Shown in pieces: positions 59,988 to 64,000 of a stretch of 64,000 bases of DNA (its first letter is position 1; the number at the start of each line of letters is the position of its first letter). Location: assembly GCA_964612685.1 (NCBI GenBank), contig CAZTCF010000002.1, positions 212 through 64,211 on the forward strand. Direction: 5' to 3'. The notes below the pieces were generated by a model that had not been told where the DNA came from, did no database searches, and was given only the letters and a program-made list of their open reading frames with translations. Source of the DNA: Candidatus Woesearchaeota archaeon (GTDB lineage: Archaea; Nanobdellota; Nanobdellia; Pacearchaeales; GW2011-AR1). The translations under genes and the position numbers were made by a program.

Positions 59988-60584
59988 TTAATTTCCAGAT
60001 AAATTTCTTAACAAGGCATTCTCAAAAGGAGGTCTATTATTCTTCTTTGTAGAAGTCATGGCCACTATTGCGATAATTATAACCGCAAAGATGATTATTG
60101 CGCTGTATCTATCCCAGAAATAAGAAAATCCTGGTCCTCCAATCCCCCATCCAAATACACTCAAGGAATTAACTATAACAGTTCCGATTATCACAAATAC
60201 AATAACTGCTAAAGCAATCATAAACCAATTTCCTTCCTTATTTGTAGGCATAAACAATCCTCCTAAAATAAGTATCACTAGTATTATTGAAAGAGCAACC
60301 CCAAATCTAGGAAATATTTCAGAAAAAAATGCGGAAACAATATTAAACTGCAAGGCCATAAAAGAAACAGCCAAAGCAATCATCACATTAATTCCTTTAT
60401 TAGGACTATCTTTCGTTGCAAAGATATTCATCTTCATAAGCAAACCAAAAACTAAAGCGAATATCAAAAGGAAAGGTAAAGCATACTGAAAAATTCCTGC
60501 AGCTTCCCATTGAGCAAATAACTCTCCGAGAGCACCTCCTCCATAAGAACTGTATGAAGCTAAAAATATCACCCCGTTCATCAT
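59988..60584 (-). CDS. Multi-pass membrane protein (paralog of next gene)
   Basis: LPFLLIFALVFGLL...INVMIALAV. Confidence 0.8.
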   Translation of the reverse strand: MMNGVIFLASYSSYGGGALGELFAQWEAAGIFQYALPFLLIFALVFGLLMKMNIFATKDSPNKGINVMIALAVSFMALQFNIVSAFFSEIFPRFGVALSIILVILILGGLFMPTNKEGNWFMIALAVIVFVIIGTVIVNSLSVFGWGIGGPGFSYFWDRYSAIIIFAVIIIAIVAMTSTKKNNRPPFENALLRNLSGN

Positions 60585-60623
60585 TTTATAAATTGTTTAA
60601 CATTATTTAAATATGTTTCGTAA

Positions 60624-61127
60624 TTATTTTTTACCCGATTTCAATGCAACAGCCAAAGCAATAGCAACCACCACAATGAATACAAAATTTGTCCAAAAGG
60701 TACTACTCCAAGAGATGTTGAAAAGATTATCCAAAAAGTTACCGACATCAATTCCTGCAGCCCAAAGAACTGCAATAGTAACAGCAACAACTATGAAAAT
60801 ACCTATAGTCCATCTTAATCCCTTAGGCATATTAGCGAATTTCAAACCCTCCTCGCCAGCTACAAATCCCCAAAGAACAAGTATTACAAACATAACAACA
60901 ACCCCGATTGTTAAAAAAAGAATAAGATTTGTGGCCATCTCCTTTGGAAAAACTGCAGTCACAAAAATAAAACCAATGACAAATGCAATCAATGCATTAA
61001 TTTGTTTTTTATCTTCCCCAAAAATCTTAGATTTCTCAAGTATTGCAAAGATTATAAAAAATATTAAAAGAAAAGGATATACAAACTTAGTTAAAACTGG
61101 ACTTTCTAAGAATGTTATTTCTGCCAT
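60624..61127 (-). CDS. Multi-pass membrane protein
   Basis: YPFLLIFFIIFAIL...INALIAFVI. Confidence 0.8.
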   Translation of the reverse strand: MAEITFLESPVLTKFVYPFLLIFFIIFAILEKSKIFGEDKKQINALIAFVIGFIFVTAVFPKEMATNLILFLTIGVVVMFVILVLWGFVAGEEGLKFANMPKGLRWTIGIFIVVAVTIAVLWAAGIDVGNFLDNLFNISWSSTFWTNFVFIVVVAIALAVALKSGKK

Positions 61128-61147
61128 TACCTCTTTTACTCCTTTAT

Positions 61148-61417
61148 TTAGTCAGCAACTTCCTCAAACCCAGTGTCCTGGCTTGGTAAAGCTGATTTAC
61201 TTATTATGAAAACATCACTAATGGACTTAACAAACTGGTGAGGGATTATTACTCCTCTCGCACCACCCATCAAAGACAGGACATTCCCACCAACCCTTAT
61301 TCTCCAACCATCAATTTTATTTTCAAACAGGTTAGCTTCCTCAACTTCTCCGAAGAACTCTCCTGAATCAGTAAATACTCTTTTGCCCAAAACCTCTGAG
61401 ATTTTTTTGATTTTCAT
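61148..61417 (-). CDS. PRC-barrel protein (CdpB-like)
   Basis: ISEVLGKRVFTDSGEFFGEV, IIPHQFVKSISDVFII. Confidence 0.85.
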   Translation of the reverse strand: MKIKKISEVLGKRVFTDSGEFFGEVEEANLFENKIDGWRIRVGGNVLSLMGGARGVIIPHQFVKSISDVFIISKSALPSQDTGFEEVAD

Positions 61418-61536
61418 AATAGCAATTACAATACTTTATTTAAATACTTTTCCATAATAGATAGAATATTTTAAAGAAGAGGGTATTAAACTGGGGGATA
61501 CATAAGATTTATAAAAAAAAATATCCTTTAGAAAAG

Positions 61537-62190
61537 ATGGTAAATGGAAAAGAAATTGCTCATATAATTATTGTAACTATAATAACTGCTTTCGCCATCG
61601 CACTCACTAAAACTCTTGCTCTTGATTTAACATTCTTTCTATACGCTCTTTTAGGAGTTTTTATATTGCTATTAGTGAATATGTTTGTAAAAAAAGCTAC
61701 AGCATATCTTCTTGAAGCAGAAATTGAAATAAAAATCTGGGAAATAAAAAGATTTGGATTTAAAACCGGAGATTATTTCAAAAAGGCATTTCCACTTGGT
61801 GCAATAATCCCCTTGATATCAAAAATATTTTTCATAGGATTAAATGGATTTGTATGGATGGCTTCTTTAGTATTTGATGTAAAGGCGAAATCTTATCGTG
61901 CTGCAAAAAGGCATGGAATGTATTCTTTCTCTGAGATGACCGAGGAACATATTGGAAGAATAGCAGCTTCAGGAATATTCGTACACTTGATGCTTGCATT
62001 TATATTTTACTTTGTGGGAGGAGATTTCGGAACCCTGTTTGCCAAGCTCAATATCTGGTTTGCATTCTTTAATATGATTCCAATATCCGACTTAGATGGA
62101 AATAAAATATTCTTTGGTAATCTGGTATTATGGAGTTTCCTAGCAATTGTAACCCTAATTGGATTGGGATATACTTTCTTTTTGATTTGA
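61537..62190 (+). CDS. M50 site-2-protease-like membrane protein lacking HExxH
   Basis: GRIAASG, FNMIPISDLDGNKI. Confidence 0.72.
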   Translation: MVNGKEIAHIIIVTIITAFAIALTKTLALDLTFFLYALLGVFILLLVNMFVKKATAYLLEAEIEIKIWEIKRFGFKTGDYFKKAFPLGAIIPLISKIFFIGLNGFVWMASLVFDVKAKSYRAAKRHGMYSFSEMTEEHIGRIAASGIFVHLMLAFIFYFVGGDFGTLFAKLNIWFAFFNMIPISDLDGNKIFFGNLVLWSFLAIVTLIGLGYTFFLI

Positions 62191-63042
62191 TTGTCCGTTA
62201 AGATATCCTTTTTGCCTTTTTTTTAAAACAATCTTTTTGATCCCTTCAAAGAGAATTATTAAAATTATCAATCCTCCTAAAATACAAATCATATATAAGA
62301 TTATTTTATTCAAAGAATCTCCATTCAAAGATGATTTAATAAATCCTGAATTGTCTTTTACAACAAACCCTTCCGTTGCCAAATTCGCATAGTCAATATC
62401 AACATTTTTATTTATTACTCGAAATTGTTTTCCTGAATATACTTCTTTATAACCCTCCTTAGAAGCACTAACATTTAAAGAATAAGTCCCAATTTTTTCG
62501 GCTTTGAATGAATAAGGTAAATTAATTTCATCTTTAGTGCCATCGGGATAAATCAAAAAGGTTTTCAAAATAGGATTCTCTACTTCAGAATAATAATCTA
62601 AAATAATTTCTTCTCCCTTAACAAAAACCTTTTTATCTAAAATCACATCAAAATCAAATGAAGAAGTAGTAACGATTGTAAATGGTTTGGATACCACCTT
62701 CTTTACTGGCTCAAAAACAACAACTGAGGCTATGCATTCCTGTGGCCAAATATCCTCCGTTACTTTAAGGTAATTATATCTTCCCTTGACATTTACTCCC
62801 AAATTAACAAATGCGGATTTTGGATTTAACATTGCATGTGGGGCGGTTGGACAATCAACAACCTCCATATAATCAATTGTCTGCCCAAAATCAGAATCTA
62901 TTGTATAATTGAACTGAATTGTATCTCCTGTAAAGAATTCTGGTTCTATATAAATATCAATATCTATTATAGCATATACTTGTGAAAGACAAGCTAAAAA
63001 AATCAAAACAAAAAACAAAACAAAAAATTTATTTGATTTCAT
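62155..63042 (-). CDS. Secreted, C-terminally anchored beta-rich protein
   Basis: Signal peptide, Ig-like segments, C-terminal TM plus basic tail. Confidence 0.75.
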   Translation of the reverse strand: MKSNKFFVLFFVLIFLACLSQVYAIIDIDIYIEPEFFTGDTIQFNYTIDSDFGQTIDYMEVVDCPTAPHAMLNPKSAFVNLGVNVKGRYNYLKVTEDIWPQECIASVVVFEPVKKVVSKPFTIVTTSSFDFDVILDKKVFVKGEEIILDYYSEVENPILKTFLIYPDGTKDEINLPYSFKAEKIGTYSLNVSASKEGYKEVYSGKQFRVINKNVDIDYANLATEGFVVKDNSGFIKSSLNGDSLNKIILYMICILGGLIILIILFEGIKKIVLKKRQKGYLNGQSNQKESISQSN

Positions 63043-63043
63043 T

Positions 63044-64000
63044 TTAAGTAATATATCCTACCCTATAAGGAGGATTAATATTCAACGTAGGGTCTCCAAT
63101 TAATGTTACCATATATCTCCATCTTTCTTGAATATCTCCAAACACTTTGTTCTTGTATGCGGTTCCCATTGCCTGCCCAAGACTCATACTTGAAGTATAA
63201 GCATCCCCATGATAAACTCCATTTATAAAATCAGAATAAACTGGACCAGTCATAGTCATACTAACCCCAACAGATCCTGCATACCCTATTGCCCCATTCC
63301 TTATGACCCATGCCCAAAAAGAATAATCAGTATATACTGACGCGGTTAAACAAGCATCAGCAACAACTAAAGAGTTTTTTAAGTTGGGAATCTGCCAATA
63401 ATTAATTCCAGCCCAACCCTTGTCCCCGTGATCTGCATAAAAGATTAGATTATAATCATACTTGCTCCACAACGCCGGATCAAAACTAAATGAATCGTAA
63501 ATGTATTTCTCATCTATAGTATATCCCGCATCTTGAAATGAATCCGACATTCTTTTTACACTTTCCATTCCATCCCAAACATCACCCATCTCATAACTGC
63601 TCCCCATAAAAAGAGCATTATCCTCTGGTAATAAAGAGTTATAAAATAAACTCCTTGAAATATAGCTTGAAACATCTGAGATAGTTAAACCCATAATCCT
63701 CCCCACATAAAAATAACTCCCATAATCTGCATATAAATTTTGATCAAGAGCTATGTATATGTCTTCTTTTTGACTTCCTATGCTTATTGGATCGTCAATT
63801 GTCGTATAAGTATACATCCTATGTTCTATGGCATTAGGAGCTGCAACAATAGTAAGATATCTTGGGTTAAGACTTAAATCCTTAGGATATTCATGAACAT
63901 AACTTGCTAAAATAGAATCCCCTCCCACCAAATTTGAAGGCCTTTCTCTTCCGTCCAAAGAAGACCCGTAAGACAAAGCACGACTAGAAGTGAGAATTAA
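63044..64000 (-). CDS. C25 (gingipain-like) cysteine peptidase domain protein, 5'-partial
   Basis: YVGRI, YADHG, ADACLT, GAIGYAG, LIGDPTL; frame open to the window edge. Confidence 0.75.
   Translation of the reverse strand, partial: LILTSSRALSYGSSLDGRERPSNLVGGDSILASYVHEYPKDLSLNPRYLTIVAAPNAIEHRMYTYTTIDDPISIGSQKEDIYIALDQNLYADYGSYFYVGRIMGLTISDVSSYISRSLFYNSLLPEDNALFMGSSYEMGDVWDGMESVKRMSDSFQDAGYTIDEKYIYDSFSFDPALWSKYDYNLIFYADHGDKGWAGINYWQIPNLKNSLVVADACLTASVYTDYSFWAWVIRNGAIGYAGSVGVSMTMTGPVYSDFINGVYHGDAYTSSMSLGQAMGTAYKNKVFGDIQERWRYMVTLIGDPTLNINPPYRVGYIT

Noticed and set aside
60613..61209. 198-aa plus-strand ORF
   Set aside because: Antisense shadow of the membrane protein and PRC-barrel genes
1..64000. 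Stop-codon recoding
   Set aside because: Conserved genes are full length and end at TAA, TAG or TGA under the standard code

Overview
AT-rich archaeal chromosome segment, most consistent with a DPANN (Pacearchaeota/Woesearchaeota-like) organism. This is an inference from RadA, aIF2-alpha, aEF-1beta, eS17, Bud32, a BHB-intron tRNA, class III signal peptide pilins and TATA boxes about 25 nt before many start codons. Left to right: (1) a giant (>3000 aa) membrane-anchored surface protein on the minus strand that runs off the left edge and is absent from the ORF track; (2) a GlyRS with an extra N-terminal domain and a 25-aa H1-like peptide; (3) a glycolysis/sugar island, a RelE-type TA pair and a trimeric NAD(H)-linked [FeFe]-hydrogenase operon; (4) housekeeping genes with two tRNAs; (5) a type IV/Tad pilus cluster; (6) a partial C25-like peptidase. 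Most unusual observations: five covarying stem-loops inside the giant gene whose loops are exact reverse complements of the gene's own start-codon region; diverged copies of the hydrogenase 3' end bordering inserted cargo genes; a RyR-like microprotein coupled into the hydrogenase operon; and a putative DNA-binding domain on GlyRS with operator-like repeats at its promoter. All family calls are by motif recognition, with no database searches.
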